Below are positions 49,463 to 59,519 of a stretch of 64,000 nucleotides of DNA, piece after piece; position 1 is the first letter of the stretch, and each line of letters starts with the position of its first letter. Source of the DNA: Cyanobacteria bacterium P01_A01_bin.123 (GTDB taxonomy: Bacteria; Cyanobacteriota; Cyanobacteriia; Phormidesmidales; Phormidesmidaceae); contig JBCBZT010000015.1 in the NCBI GenBank assembly GCA_039815185.1, positions 64,001 to 128,000 of the forward strand. Reading direction: 5' to 3'. A model generated the notes under the pieces. It did not search any database. It was not told the DNA's origin and worked only from the letters and a program-made list of their open reading frames with translations. The position numbers and the translations under genes were made by a program.

Positions 49463-50647
49463 TTAAACCCTGGGTACGCCCCAGTGAGACTCGGTTTGCA
49501 AGGCACAATCCACGGCTCCAAAAACGGCAGTTGTGGGTTGTTGATCGGCTGCAGGGGGTTGCACTGCCCCATTCGGTACCTGGGGGGCTACGGTTTGCCG
49601 CCGGGGTTGCAGCCGACAAGATTTTTCTAGGAAGTAGCCATTAGATTCTGAGGTGGGTCCCGTCCATACAGCCCTCAAACGCAGATCATAGCCATCTCCA
49701 GCGGCCAAAGGAACGGCCTGGAGTCGCCAATAGTTTTGTTCTGCTGCGGCTTGAAGGGAGGCTTTAGCCTGTCGCTCTAGGGGAATCATTTGCTCGTTTA
49801 GATTGAGCAACCAACGTTCGACCCGAGGCCAGGGTACGTCGTTGAGTTGATTACTGAGGGAGGCTTCGGCTGCTGTCAGCAGGGGCACCCCCTGGGAAAG
49901 ATGCACCTGATTGGTTGGGATTTCATAGACAAACTCGCTTTGCTCAAAACTATCGGCCATCAGACTAGGGTAGTCTCGCAACCAACGCTGGATGCGAAAG
50001 TGAAACTGCATCCAGCCGCTTAGCAACAGGCTAAACATAAACAGCAACACCAATTGCTGACGCACAGCAGGATTCGGACGTTTGAAAGTCATGTTCCAGT
50101 TGACCACGTTAGGAATAATTGCGATCGCCGCCGCTGCCAATGGCCAAGCCACCAGGGCTGGAGCAAAGTCTGACTCGACGTTCCAGGGGCTAAATACAAA
50201 CCAGCACAAAATGGCGCTACTGATCCAGGGGCTCAAGGGTAGACCAAACAGGTTGAGTTGATTTTCATGGCAACCCCAACCCACGCCAATGGTGAGAAAA
50301 ATCCAGCTCAAGGTGCTGAGTAAGTTAACGGTGATTGAGCTAGCCTCTACATAATTTGCTAAGAGCGAAGTCACCCAAGAAAATAGGCTGAGCAGCAGCA
50401 CCGTTTTCCAAGAATAGTATTGTTCCGGCGACAAAAATATTAGTGCCCCCCAACCACCGCCAATGGTTGTCAGCAGCCAACTGACTGAAATCAATAGGTC
50501 AAAGCTGCTTTCGTCTATTTCGACGCCGAGACGCTGGGCCACAAACAACCCTACCCAGCCAAAGATACCCAACCAAAAGAAACTCTGCCAGCATAAAGGC
50601 CGGTGGGGTTTGAGACTTTGGCCAAACTGATTGAGGCTTTGCAACAT
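49463..50647 (-). CDS. fraD: Septal junction protein FraD (DUF5357)
   Basis: N-terminal TM segments, WMQFHFRIQRWLRDYPSL, VPWPRVERWL and two C-terminal Cys; lies between fraC and fraE. Confidence 0.8.
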   Translation of the reverse strand: MLQSLNQFGQSLKPHRPLCWQSFFWLGIFGWVGLFVAQRLGVEIDESSFDLLISVSWLLTTIGGGWGALIFLSPEQYYSWKTVLLLSLFSWVTSLLANYVEASSITVNLLSTLSWIFLTIGVGWGCHENQLNLFGLPLSPWISSAILCWFVFSPWNVESDFAPALVAWPLAAAAIAIIPNVVNWNMTFKRPNPAVRQQLVLLFMFSLLLSGWMQFHFRIQRWLRDYPSLMADSFEQSEFVYEIPTNQVHLSQGVPLLTAAEASLSNQLNDVPWPRVERWLLNLNEQMIPLERQAKASLQAAAEQNYWRLQAVPLAAGDGYDLRLRAVWTGPTSESNGYFLEKSCRLQPRRQTVAPQVPNGAVQPPAADQQPTTAVFGAVDCALQTESHWGVPRV

Positions 50648-50712
50648 CAGGCTGAGTTAATCAAGGGTGAAGCAACTGAGATGCCCATCGAGTCGATAAG
50701 CGGGGGGCGGCC

Positions 50713-51273
50713 TTAAAACCTGACAATAGCCGCACGAATCAATAGCAAAATCAAAATAGCGCTGAAACTCAACGCGTTGGCTTGAAGGACAGCCATGGCT
50801 TGGCGGGAAGGGGCAGCGATCGCCAGGCCGCCCCGCCTCGCCCGATCGTATTTTTGCTGTCGCGTCAAGGTTTGTGAAGTTTGTTTGGGCTGCTGCGGTT
50901 GTTGAACCCCTAATAACCACTGCAACCCTTCTAACCCCTTCATCTTGATAAAAAATGTGATAAAAAATGCCAGAACAGCAGCCATCAACAGAAAAACAAT
51001 AATTCTGGTGTCCCACGTGTCGCCAAAAAAGCGATCAAACAGGACATAGCTGATCACCTGTTGCTTGAATGCATCCGACAACAGCGGTTCGATGCCCAGC
51101 ACCGCAAACCAGCCTAAACTTGCCGTAAATAAGTTAACTGTTGCCGCATATTCAATGCTGGTCTTAAATGGCTGCCGCAACCACTGCCGCAGTACCGCTG
51201 CTTCCAACGCGATCGCGACCAGCAAAAATAAACATTGAAACGCGATCGCCCTTAGGGGCAAAATAGGCTCCAT
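50713..51273 (-). CDS. fraC: Filament integrity protein FraC
   Basis: LPLRAIAFQCLFLLVAIALEA...AVLQANALSFSAIL. Confidence 0.85.
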   Translation of the reverse strand: MEPILPLRAIAFQCLFLLVAIALEAAVLRQWLRQPFKTSIEYAATVNLFTASLGWFAVLGIEPLLSDAFKQQVISYVLFDRFFGDTWDTRIIVFLLMAAVLAFFITFFIKMKGLEGLQWLLGVQQPQQPKQTSQTLTRQQKYDRARRGGLAIAAPSRQAMAVLQANALSFSAILILLLIRAAIVRF

Positions 51274-51358
51274 ACCCTCACTAAACCACTGGTGTCAACG
51301 AGTAGCGCAAAAGAACTGTACAAGCGTATCTCGTCTGACCGATTTTGGGTCAGTTTTG

Positions 51359-51895
51359 TTAACGATTTTGTTGGTTTAACAGGACATCGAGTTGCCGTTG
51401 TTGATCGATTGATAGCGCAGTATAGAAGCTGTCAAAAGCTGGACGCACATCCCCAAACACCGTATTAGCAGCGACGGCTAACGCTTGATACTGAGCCAGC
51501 TTTTCGGGTGCGGTTGGCATTTGTTCTGAGGCAGTCAAGTCGGCACATAGCGGGTTGAAAGACTCATTAGCGCTGACGGTGAGCGTATCCTTCACTGTAC
51601 TCAGCAAGGCATTCTGGTTGGCCTCAAGGTCAAGCCGCAGTTCTAAAAATCGGGCACCCGCCTCAATGTATTCGTCCCGACGGCAATTGCACAAAAAATC
51701 AATGCCGCTGCGATCATTCCCCGATCTGTCCGTTTGCTTCAAACCCAGTTGATTGAGATCGACGTCTTGGAACCTTGACAAGCGCTCAGCCGAGGCACTG
51801 GCATTTAGCGTTGGTTTTGCCACAACCCAACCCAGCATGGCCATTAACCCAGCATTAACCAGTAAAGAAAGTTTGAAAGTAAGGCTGCGCTTCAT
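51359..51895 (-). CDS. Exported helical protein, Spy/CpxP (LTXXQ)-like
   Basis: N-terminal anchor and C-terminal FYTALSIDQQRQLD. Confidence 0.6.
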   Translation of the reverse strand: MKRSLTFKLSLLVNAGLMAMLGWVVAKPTLNASASAERLSRFQDVDLNQLGLKQTDRSGNDRSGIDFLCNCRRDEYIEAGARFLELRLDLEANQNALLSTVKDTLTVSANESFNPLCADLTASEQMPTAPEKLAQYQALAVAANTVFGDVRPAFDSFYTALSIDQQRQLDVLLNQQNR

Positions 51896-52095
51896 CCGAC
51901 CAGTTGAGTAGAGATATCGTCTGGAACTTTAGTCTATGCCAGTTAAATTTTAGTTCCTGCGATCGATCGCGCCAGCCAGGCTTGGTACTGATCCTGAAAA
52001 TCGTCGGCAGTTTTGCTTCCCAGGGGCTCATCTTCTACTAAACTGCACTCGTTATATTGTTGAGCGTTGGACAACCCACGGGTGGAAAAAAGCTT

Positions 52096-53679
52096 ATGAC
52101 TGCTGCACTTTGGCAACGGTACCTGGACTGGCTGTACTACCACGAAGGACTCGGTTTCTACGTCGATATCAGTCGGATGCGGTTTGGCGATGAATTTGTC
52201 GGCCACATGGAGCCCCGCTTCCAAAAAGCTTTTGAAGACATGGAGGCGTTAGAAGCAGGCGCGATCGCTAACCCAGACGAAAACCGAATGGTAGGCCACT
52301 ATTGGCTGCGCGACGCTGACCTAGCGCCTAATCCAGCCCTAAAACAAGACATCGTTGAAACCCTAGTGCAAATTGAAGACTTTGCCAGTAAGGTTCGCAC
52401 AGGCGTCATCCATCCTCCCAATCACGACAAATTCACCGATGTCCTTTCCATCGGTATTGGTGGGTCGGCCCTCGGCCCCCAGTTTGTCGCCCAAGCCCTC
52501 GGCCCCGACTTTCCACCGCTAGACGTCCACTTCATCGACAATACCGACCCTGAAGGCATCGATCGCACCTTGGCCAAGCTTGATGAGCGCCTCGCAAGTA
52601 CCTTGGTAATTGTCATTTCCAAATCCGGCGGTACCCCCGAAACCCGGAACGGCATGATTGAAGTCAAAGACCGCTTTGCCAAGAAGGGTTTAGACTTTCC
52701 CAAACAAGCTGTCGCCACTACAGGGGTGGGTAGCAATCTGCAAAAGCTAGCCCTGAGTGAAGGCTGGATTGGCACCTTTCCCATGCACGACTGGGTGGGG
52801 GGACGCACCTCAGAACTCTCAGCCGTCGGTCTATTGCCCGCCGCCCTACAAGGCATTGATATTCGCTCTATCTTGGGTGGTGCTAAAGAAATGGACGCCG
52901 CCACCCGTGTCCATGATTTAAAGATGAATCCCGCTGCGCTGCTGGCCCTAGCCTGGTACCACGCGGGCAACGGTAAGGGGGAAAAAGACATGGTGGTATT
53001 GCCCTACAAAGACAGCCTGCTATTGTTTAGCCGCTACCTGCAACAACTGGTCATGGAGTCCTTGGGTAAGGAACGGGATCTCGATGGCAAGTTGGTGTAT
53101 CAAGGCATTGCTGTTTACGGCAACAAAGGTTCCACCGATCAACACGCCTACGTGCAACAGTTGCGCGACGGGGTACCCAGCTTTTTCGTGACCTTCATTG
53201 AAGTCCTGGAAGACCGCACGGGCGAATCGGTTCAGGTTGAGCCAGGGGTTACCTCTGGCGACTATCTCTCGGGTCTGCTGCAAGGCACCCGCCAAGCGCT
53301 GTTTGACAACAACCGCGAATCAATCACGGTTACCATTCCCCAGGTGAATGCCCACATCATCGGGGCATTGATTGCCCTGTATGAACGGGCTGTAGGGCTG
53401 TATGCATCGCTGGTAAATATCAACGCTTATCACCAACCAGGGGTCGAAGCCGGTAAAAAAGCAGCGGCTGGGGTGCTAAAAATTCAGCTACAGCTCATTC
53501 AAACCCTACAACAGGCCGAGGCCCCCATGACCTTGTCTGCCCTGGCAGAGAAAATGGGTGCTATGGACGATGTCGAAACGATTTACAAAATCGTGCGCCA
53601 CCTCCACGCTAATCAGCGGGGGTTGGCCATTAATGGTGATCCCGGAAATCCTTTAGAGTTGATGATCACGGTCTTATAG
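52096..53679 (+). CDS. pgi: Glucose-6-phosphate isomerase
   Basis: [36 protein letters not shown] and HQPGVEAGK. Confidence 0.97.
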   Translation: MTAALWQRYLDWLYYHEGLGFYVDISRMRFGDEFVGHMEPRFQKAFEDMEALEAGAIANPDENRMVGHYWLRDADLAPNPALKQDIVETLVQIEDFASKVRTGVIHPPNHDKFTDVLSIGIGGSALGPQFVAQALGPDFPPLDVHFIDNTDPEGIDRTLAKLDERLASTLVIVISKSGGTPETRNGMIEVKDRFAKKGLDFPKQAVATTGVGSNLQKLALSEGWIGTFPMHDWVGGRTSELSAVGLLPAALQGIDIRSILGGAKEMDAATRVHDLKMNPAALLALAWYHAGNGKGEKDMVVLPYKDSLLLFSRYLQQLVMESLGKERDLDGKLVYQGIAVYGNKGSTDQHAYVQQLRDGVPSFFVTFIEVLEDRTGESVQVEPGVTSGDYLSGLLQGTRQALFDNNRESITVTIPQVNAHIIGALIALYERAVGLYASLVNINAYHQPGVEAGKKAAAGVLKIQLQLIQTLQQAEAPMTLSALAEKMGAMDDVETIYKIVRHLHANQRGLAINGDPGNPLELMITVL

Positions 53680-53728
53680 CTGTAGCCACTTTGTGCGCTA
53701 CGGCGAGCCAGATTGCTTGTGTGCTGAG
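53675..53728 (+). mobile_element. Truncated copy 5 of the MITE-like repeat
   Basis: TATAGCTGTAGCCACTTTGTGCGCTACGGCGAGCCAGATTGCTTGTGTGCTGAG; overlaps the pgi stop codon. Confidence 0.75.
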
Positions 53729-53763
53729 AGGTTGCTTTAAAAGTATCGATGGTTACTTGAGTC

Positions 53764-54080
53764 GCCCCCCTGCTCCTCAATTCTGGATAGGGCTGATTCT
53801 TTAGCCGAAAGATATGTCTGAGGGAAAGCTACTGTCAAAGGCGTTAAAGGTTCTTGAGGCCCCCAAACCCCGAAATTTGGGGGCTTTGAGTCTTGTTCCC
53901 TCCAGGCTTGGGGGGCTAGAGGGGCCTAGATAACCTTTGAATTCCTTGACAGAAAATGCTACTAGAATTTTCTTCTGTAAGAGAATCATCCCTACCAATT
54001 CTGGGGGGTCTGAATTTCGAAACCCCCCAGACTATAGCCTTCCAGGCATACCAGTAAGGGGGCTTAAAGCCCTCCGGGCA
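53764..54080. repeat. Cluster of C-run/G-run palindromic short repeats
   Basis: GCCCCCAAACCCCGAAATTTGGGGGC, CCCTCCAGGCTTGGGGGG and TCTGGGGGGT...ACCCCCCAGA. Confidence 0.6.
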
Positions 54081-54129
54081 CACATGAAAAGGAGGCAAAT
54101 GCAGCACGTTTGGGACTTCTCAAACAACC

Positions 54130-55899
54130 TCAAAATTTCCAGGGCCAATTTAATCCGTTTTCTGCTAGATGAGTAGCTGCATCGGCTTCTATTGGTTTTG
54201 AAAACAAGAAGCCTTGACCAAAATCACATTTCATTTGTTTTAGGCATGCCAAATGATATGCCTTCTCAATCCCTTCAGCAACAACATCAACGCCAAGACT
54301 GTGGGCTAGACTAATAATTGACTGTGTTATGTTCAAGCTCGTATTTTCATTAGATATATCTATATTAGAAACAAAAGATCGATCGATCTTCAGCGTATCA
54401 ATCGGAAATCGATTTAGATAGCTGAGTGAAGAGTATCCTGTGCCAAAGTCATCAATAACGAGGGGTACACCAATCTCCCTCAACTGATTGAAAATTTTAA
54501 TTGTGTGCTGGCTATTTTGCATCGCAATACTTTCCGTGATTTCAAGCTTTAGCTCACCCGATTTGATGCCAAATTTTCGCAGTATTCTTTTGATGTTTTG
54601 GATTAAATGAGTATCAGACAATTGTTTCGCAGACATATTGACGTTGACGTATAAAATAGGCTGAATATCAACGTTTTCTCTCCATAGGTCAATCTGTCGA
54701 CAGGCTTCATGGATTGTCCATATACCAATTTTATAAATCAGATCTGTCTCCTCTGAGATCGGAATAAAAATATCAGGGCTAAGTAGGCCACGCTCTGGAT
54801 GATTCCATCGGATTAGCGCTTCAAAGCCAACGATACTCTTTTCTGCGAGTGATAAGATTGGCTGGTAATAGAGTTGGAGCTGTTGGTTCTCAATGGCTTT
54901 TCTCAGATCCCCATCCAGTTTTAGGAGGCTACTGGCCCGTTGATGCATCTTTTCATCGAAGACAACAAATCTTGCTTTGCCTGTTTTTTTGGCGTTATAC
55001 ATTGCTGTATCTGCATCTCTAAGGATCTCCTCTACGGTGCGATACTGTAAATGGGTTGAGGCGATGCCAATGCTAATGCTGGGGTAAACTTCTTGATTTT
55101 CGAGCTGTAACGGCCTTGCAATATATTCTTGGAGACGTTTTGCGATTGCTTTAGCTTCCTCTAAATTATCGATGTCATCTAGTAATATCCCAAACTCATC
55201 GCCACCCAATCGGGCAACCATATCACCAGACCGTAGACAAGCTGTAAACCTGGCTGCTAAGTGAATTAAGAACTGGTCACCGGCTAGATGCCCCAAGCTG
55301 TCATTAATCATCTTAAATCGATCAACATCAATAAAAAGGATTGAAAATTGGTGATCTTTTGAGATTTGTTCTTTGAATTCTAAAGATTTACGCACTCTGG
55401 CTAAGAAGGCACTTCTATTCGGCAGGCCGGTTAAATCATCTGATTGCGGTTTTTGAATTCTAGATCTAAGTGTTTTTTCCTCTATTTCGCTATCCAGTAG
55501 TCTCATTCCTTGTTTATCTTTGCCTGAAAAAAATAAAATAACGTTTCTGATAGAATCTTCGAATGCTTTGCTAGACGCCAGATCACCTTGATATTCTAGG
55601 AAAATAGCGTGGACATCTCGACAAAACGTGATCACATCATATTGATTGAGTTCATGCAAAAGCACTTTCTGGCCATTCACGATCAAGCCATTTGTACTGG
55701 TGCGTCCTTTAAAGTCGCCATCAATAATCCAAAACTTACTGTTTAGAAAATATACAGATGCATGACATCTTGAAATGCCTCTATTGGCCAAGAAGATATC
55801 ATCATGGGAGCGGCGCCCGATTGTGTAAATCTTCTTTGTCAGAACCTCTACAAAAATATTTTCTTCTTCTCTGAATAGTAAAAACCTTTTTGACTCCAT
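54130..55899 (-). CDS. FHA-GGDEF-EAL c-di-GMP enzyme
   Basis: FHA (IGR, ISRCHA, STNG), RSGD-x5-GGDEF, FEALIRW and DDFGTGYSSL. Confidence 0.93.
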   Translation of the reverse strand: MESKRFLLFREEENIFVEVLTKKIYTIGRRSHDDIFLANRGISRCHASVYFLNSKFWIIDGDFKGRTSTNGLIVNGQKVLLHELNQYDVITFCRDVHAIFLEYQGDLASSKAFEDSIRNVILFFSGKDKQGMRLLDSEIEEKTLRSRIQKPQSDDLTGLPNRSAFLARVRKSLEFKEQISKDHQFSILFIDVDRFKMINDSLGHLAGDQFLIHLAARFTACLRSGDMVARLGGDEFGILLDDIDNLEEAKAIAKRLQEYIARPLQLENQEVYPSISIGIASTHLQYRTVEEILRDADTAMYNAKKTGKARFVVFDEKMHQRASSLLKLDGDLRKAIENQQLQLYYQPILSLAEKSIVGFEALIRWNHPERGLLSPDIFIPISEETDLIYKIGIWTIHEACRQIDLWRENVDIQPILYVNVNMSAKQLSDTHLIQNIKRILRKFGIKSGELKLEITESIAMQNSQHTIKIFNQLREIGVPLVIDDFGTGYSSLSYLNRFPIDTLKIDRSFVSNIDISNENTSLNITQSIISLAHSLGVDVVAEGIEKAYHLACLKQMKCDFGQGFLFSKPIEADAATHLAENGLNWPWKF

Positions 55900-56145
55900 T
55901 ACCTTCCTTTAAAGCCTTGCTTAGATCTTGACTTGATTCAAATAAGTTTTTCAATTAAAGTTTTTTATCCTCTGACCTCATTCAAATCTATGGTTTTCTA
56001 ACCTAAACGCTCAAGTCTTCAAATCAGAGGCAGTTTGTCGGTCGACTTTTTCATCTGTTGATGCGACTATTCTTCCCAGAGAAAGTGCATTCAGAACTGG
56101 ATAGATGGAATTCTCGATTGATTTTGATGGAAGTCTGGCTTTGTC

Positions 56146-56177
56146 CGGAAGCATCGAAGTCGGGAAGCATCGAAGCT
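56146..56177. repeat. Short direct duplication
   Basis: GGAAGCATCGAAG occurs twice at 16-bp spacing. Confidence 0.6.
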
Positions 56178-56247
56178 AGATATTTTGTGGTGGGCGATCG
56201 CTGATATGACAGATCGACCCGTACTTAGGCATCCGTGACCCGTATCA

Positions 56248-57111
56248 CTAGTATTTCGGGCGTGTTGCCCATCGGGCCAAGAGGCTAGTGATGAATATCA
56301 ACAATACTAAGATAAGCGCGCCCACCCAGGCTAGTTCTTGTTGGGATTCAAAGGGGGCGATCGCGAAGTTATAAATCAGCACCGATAGGGTAGGGGTGGG
56401 GTCGAATAACCCGGTGGGAAAGAAGGATGAATTAAGGGCCGTAAACAGCAGCGGAGCAGTTTCGCCAGCAGCGCGTGCGATCGCCAGTAAAATGCCCGTT
56501 ACGATCCCCGGCAAAGCCGCCGGCAGAACCAACCGCAACGCTGTTTGAGTCGGGGATAAACCAATGCTAGCAGCGGCCCAGCGCAAATCTGGGGACACAA
56601 ACTGGAGCGCTGCATCGGTCGTTCTAACCATAATTGGCAGCATGAGTACTGCCAATGCCAATGCCCCAGCCACGGCTGAAAACCCCAGAATGCCAGTCAC
56701 CACCAAAAGACCATAGGCAAACACCCCGGCCATGATGGCGGGAACACCGCTGAGCACGTTGGTGGCAAATCGGATGCTGCGCTGGAGACCCGAGTGGGGG
56801 CAAAATTCTGCGATGTAAAGGCCTGCCAATACGCTAAGGGGAACCGCGATCGCCGTGGCCAGCCCCACAACTAGCAATGTCCCCAAGATGGCATTGCCAA
56901 TGCCGCCCCCGGTCACCCCTGGTGCCGGGGGCAGCTGGGTCAACGCCGCCCAATCTAAACGCCGAAATCCGCGAATTGCCAGGTAACCCAGGATTGACCC
57001 CAGGGGTAGCAGGCTAATCAGCGTCAAGACCGCCACTAAGGCCGTCATCGCAGTGTTAAACCATCGGCGCGAGAATTGGAGGCGCATCGGATCGAAGTTT
57101 TCCCCCCTCAA
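56248..57111 (-). CDS. pstA: Phosphate ABC permease PstA
   Basis: GGGIGNAILGT and IARAAGETAPLLFT. Confidence 0.93.
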   Translation of the reverse strand: MRGENFDPMRLQFSRRWFNTAMTALVAVLTLISLLPLGSILGYLAIRGFRRLDWAALTQLPPAPGVTGGGIGNAILGTLLVVGLATAIAVPLSVLAGLYIAEFCPHSGLQRSIRFATNVLSGVPAIMAGVFAYGLLVVTGILGFSAVAGALALAVLMLPIMVRTTDAALQFVSPDLRWAAASIGLSPTQTALRLVLPAALPGIVTGILLAIARAAGETAPLLFTALNSSFFPTGLFDPTPTLSVLIYNFAIAPFESQQELAWVGALILVLLIFITSLLARWATRPKY

Positions 57112-58079
57112 TGGGACTGGAATGGGCGAGTTACCCGATAGACAATCCCCTCAGCTAAGGCGTTAACCAGCAGCGTAATGCCCAATAGTGCCAACGCGGC
57201 ATACATCAACGCTGAAATTTGCATGCCTTTGGCAGCGGCAAATTGGTTAGCAAGGAGGGAGGCAATAGTGTTAGCGGGGGCCAATAGGGACGGGCTGATT
57301 TGGTTGACATTGCCGATGAGCATGGTGACGGCCATGGTTTCGCCCAGGGCGCGACCCAGGGCTAACATGATGCCACCCGCAATGCCCGGTGAAGCCGCAG
57401 GTAAGAACACTCGGGCGATCGCATCCCAACGGGTTGCACCCAATGCCATGGCCGCAAAGCGGAGGTCGATGGGCAAGGCCATTAAGGAATCTCGAGCGAT
57501 CGCGGTGATGATCGGCAGCACCATGATCGCCAGCACTAGGACTGCAGGCAACAGCCCTAGCCCCAAAGGCGGGGTGCTAAACAGCGGTACCCAACCCCAC
57601 TGTTGATATAGCCAACGGGTCAGCGGTTGCAGCAGCGGCACCAAAACGACAATACCCCACAGGCCATACACCACGCTGGGGATAGCGGCTAACAGTTCGA
57701 CCAAAATTCCCAGCACTGACCGAATCTGAGACGGCAGTAGATCTTCGCTCAGAAAAATCGCAGTGCCCACGCCTAAGGGGACAGCGATGAATAACGCTAG
57801 CACTGAGCTGATCACCGTACCCCAGATTAGGGCTAAGGCCCCGTAGGTTTCTCTCCCTTCAACGGCGTTCCAAGTGGTAGCCGTAAAAAATGCCAGCCCA
57901 TAGGTGCGGATGGCAGGTAGGGCAGCGTAGGTAATCATCCCGGCGATCGCCAGCAATAGAATCAGGATAAACAACGCTGCGATCGCGGTCAGTTGAACAA
58001 TCCCCCATTCCACGCTTTTTTCCCATGCAGATCGGGCTTTAGAGGGAGGCGATGCAGGTGGGGGGGCTAGGATGGTCAT
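57108..58079 (-). CDS. pstC: Phosphate ABC permease PstC
   Basis: VELLAAIPSVVYGLWG and LGRALGETMAV. Confidence 0.94.
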   Translation of the reverse strand: MTILAPPPASPPSKARSAWEKSVEWGIVQLTAIAALFILILLLAIAGMITYAALPAIRTYGLAFFTATTWNAVEGRETYGALALIWGTVISSVLALFIAVPLGVGTAIFLSEDLLPSQIRSVLGILVELLAAIPSVVYGLWGIVVLVPLLQPLTRWLYQQWGWVPLFSTPPLGLGLLPAVLVLAIMVLPIITAIARDSLMALPIDLRFAAMALGATRWDAIARVFLPAASPGIAGGIMLALGRALGETMAVTMLIGNVNQISPSLLAPANTIASLLANQFAAAKGMQISALMYAALALLGITLLVNALAEGIVYRVTRPFQSH

Positions 58080-58167
58080 AACGGTGGGGTGTAAACCATA
58101 TTCGATGGGAGAATTTGGGTTTTAGAGGCCGCTTTAAAAGTGGTTGGCTGTGCCATTAAGCACTGCA

Positions 58168-58269
58168 TGATCCCCCCTTACCCCCTTAAGCCCTCTGGGC
58201 AGGCGACGCCAAGAAAAAAGGGGGGAACAGCCTCTTAGTCCCCCTTTTTAAGGGGAATTTAGGGGGATC
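58168..58269. repeat. Cyanobacterial CCCCC/GGGGG palindromic repeat between pstS and pstC
   Basis: GATCCCCCCTTACCCCCTTAA...TTAAGGGGAATTTAGGGGGATC. Confidence 0.7.
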
Positions 58270-58376
58270 GCAAGCGTTTTGCCACCAAAATCAAGACCTT
58301 TAAGGCATCCTCCTAGCTCAGGGAGCCAAGGATAGCCAAAACTTAAAGATGCGATCGCCCCTTATTTTGCCATCCT

Positions 58377-59465
58377 TTAGGTCTGAATCTTCTCAATGGC
58401 GGCCATCACCTGTTGGGCGACAGTTTCCGGCAGCGGCACATAGCCTAATTCCGCACTCACTTTTTGCCCCTCAGTGAGGCACCACTGTAATACTGAACGA
58501 ATAGTCTCTGCCTTGGTGGCGTCCTCATAGGTTTGATAGACCAAAATCCAGCTATACGTGGCAATCGGGTATGACTCGGCCCCTTCTGGATCCGGGGCAA
58601 AGGCCCGCAGGTTTTCCGGAAACACTACCGTACTCAATGCTTTGGCCGCAGACTCTACCCCTGGCAACACATATTGCCCTGCTTGGTTTTCCAGTGCTGC
58701 CATCGTCATATTCAGCTGTTGGGCATAGGCATATTCCACATAGCCGATGGCCCCCTCTGCCTGCTGAATTTGGGCACTCACCCCGGCGTTAGCCTTAACC
58801 GCAACCCCGGTGGGCCACGGCACACTCAGGCCAGAACCGATATCACTCTCCCAAGCGGGACTGATGGCGCTGAGGTGGCTCGTTACCGCCGCTGTGGTGC
58901 CGCTGCCGTCGGCACGGTGCACCAAAATAATCGGCAAATCCGGCAGCGTCAGATCAGGGTTAGCCTCAGCAATCTTGGGATCAGTCCAGGTGGTAATTGC
59001 GCCGGAGAAAATCTCAGGATAGACGCTACGGGGCAGCTTTAAGCCGCTTTCGATGCCCGGTAAGTTGTAGGCGATCGCTACGCTGCCCGCCGTGATGGGC
59101 AGCAGAATCACACCCTGACTCACCTGGGTGATCTCGTCATCGGTCATGGCGATGTCGCTGGCCCCAAAGTCGATGGTTCCGGCGATCATCTGCTGGATGC
59201 CCACCTCACTGCCCGTCGGCTGATAGTTGATTTGAACGTTGGAATGGATTTGGTTGTATTCCTCAAACCAACGCTGGTAGATGAAGAAGGGAAAAGATGC
59301 CCCGGTGCCGTTGAGCAAGATTGGAGCTGTGCTGGTCTCGGCGGACGTGGTTTGCGGGTCGGTTGATTCTGACGTTGGGGACTGCGGTTGGCAGGCGATG
59401 ATCCCCAGGGCGATCGCCAGGGCAATTCCCAAAAATCTGCTAAAGAAGCCGCGTCGGTTAAGCAT
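58377..59465 (-). CDS. pstS: Phosphate-binding lipoprotein PstS
   Basis: Lipobox IIAC, GTGASFP, DFGASD, HRADGSGTT and IGYVEY. Confidence 0.95.
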   Translation of the reverse strand: MLNRRGFFSRFLGIALAIALGIIACQPQSPTSESTDPQTTSAETSTAPILLNGTGASFPFFIYQRWFEEYNQIHSNVQINYQPTGSEVGIQQMIAGTIDFGASDIAMTDDEITQVSQGVILLPITAGSVAIAYNLPGIESGLKLPRSVYPEIFSGAITTWTDPKIAEANPDLTLPDLPIILVHRADGSGTTAAVTSHLSAISPAWESDIGSGLSVPWPTGVAVKANAGVSAQIQQAEGAIGYVEYAYAQQLNMTMAALENQAGQYVLPGVESAAKALSTVVFPENLRAFAPDPEGAESYPIATYSWILVYQTYEDATKAETIRSVLQWCLTEGQKVSAELGYVPLPETVAQQVMAAIEKIQT

Positions 59466-59519
59466 CGTGGAGAGTTTGACTGGATTTGAGCGAGTTAAAT
59501 AAGGGTTTAGGCGCGATCG

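Noticed and set aside
53801..54176. Three short ORFs between pgi and the FHA gene
   Set aside because: They are translations of palindromic repeat DNA with no protein-like features.
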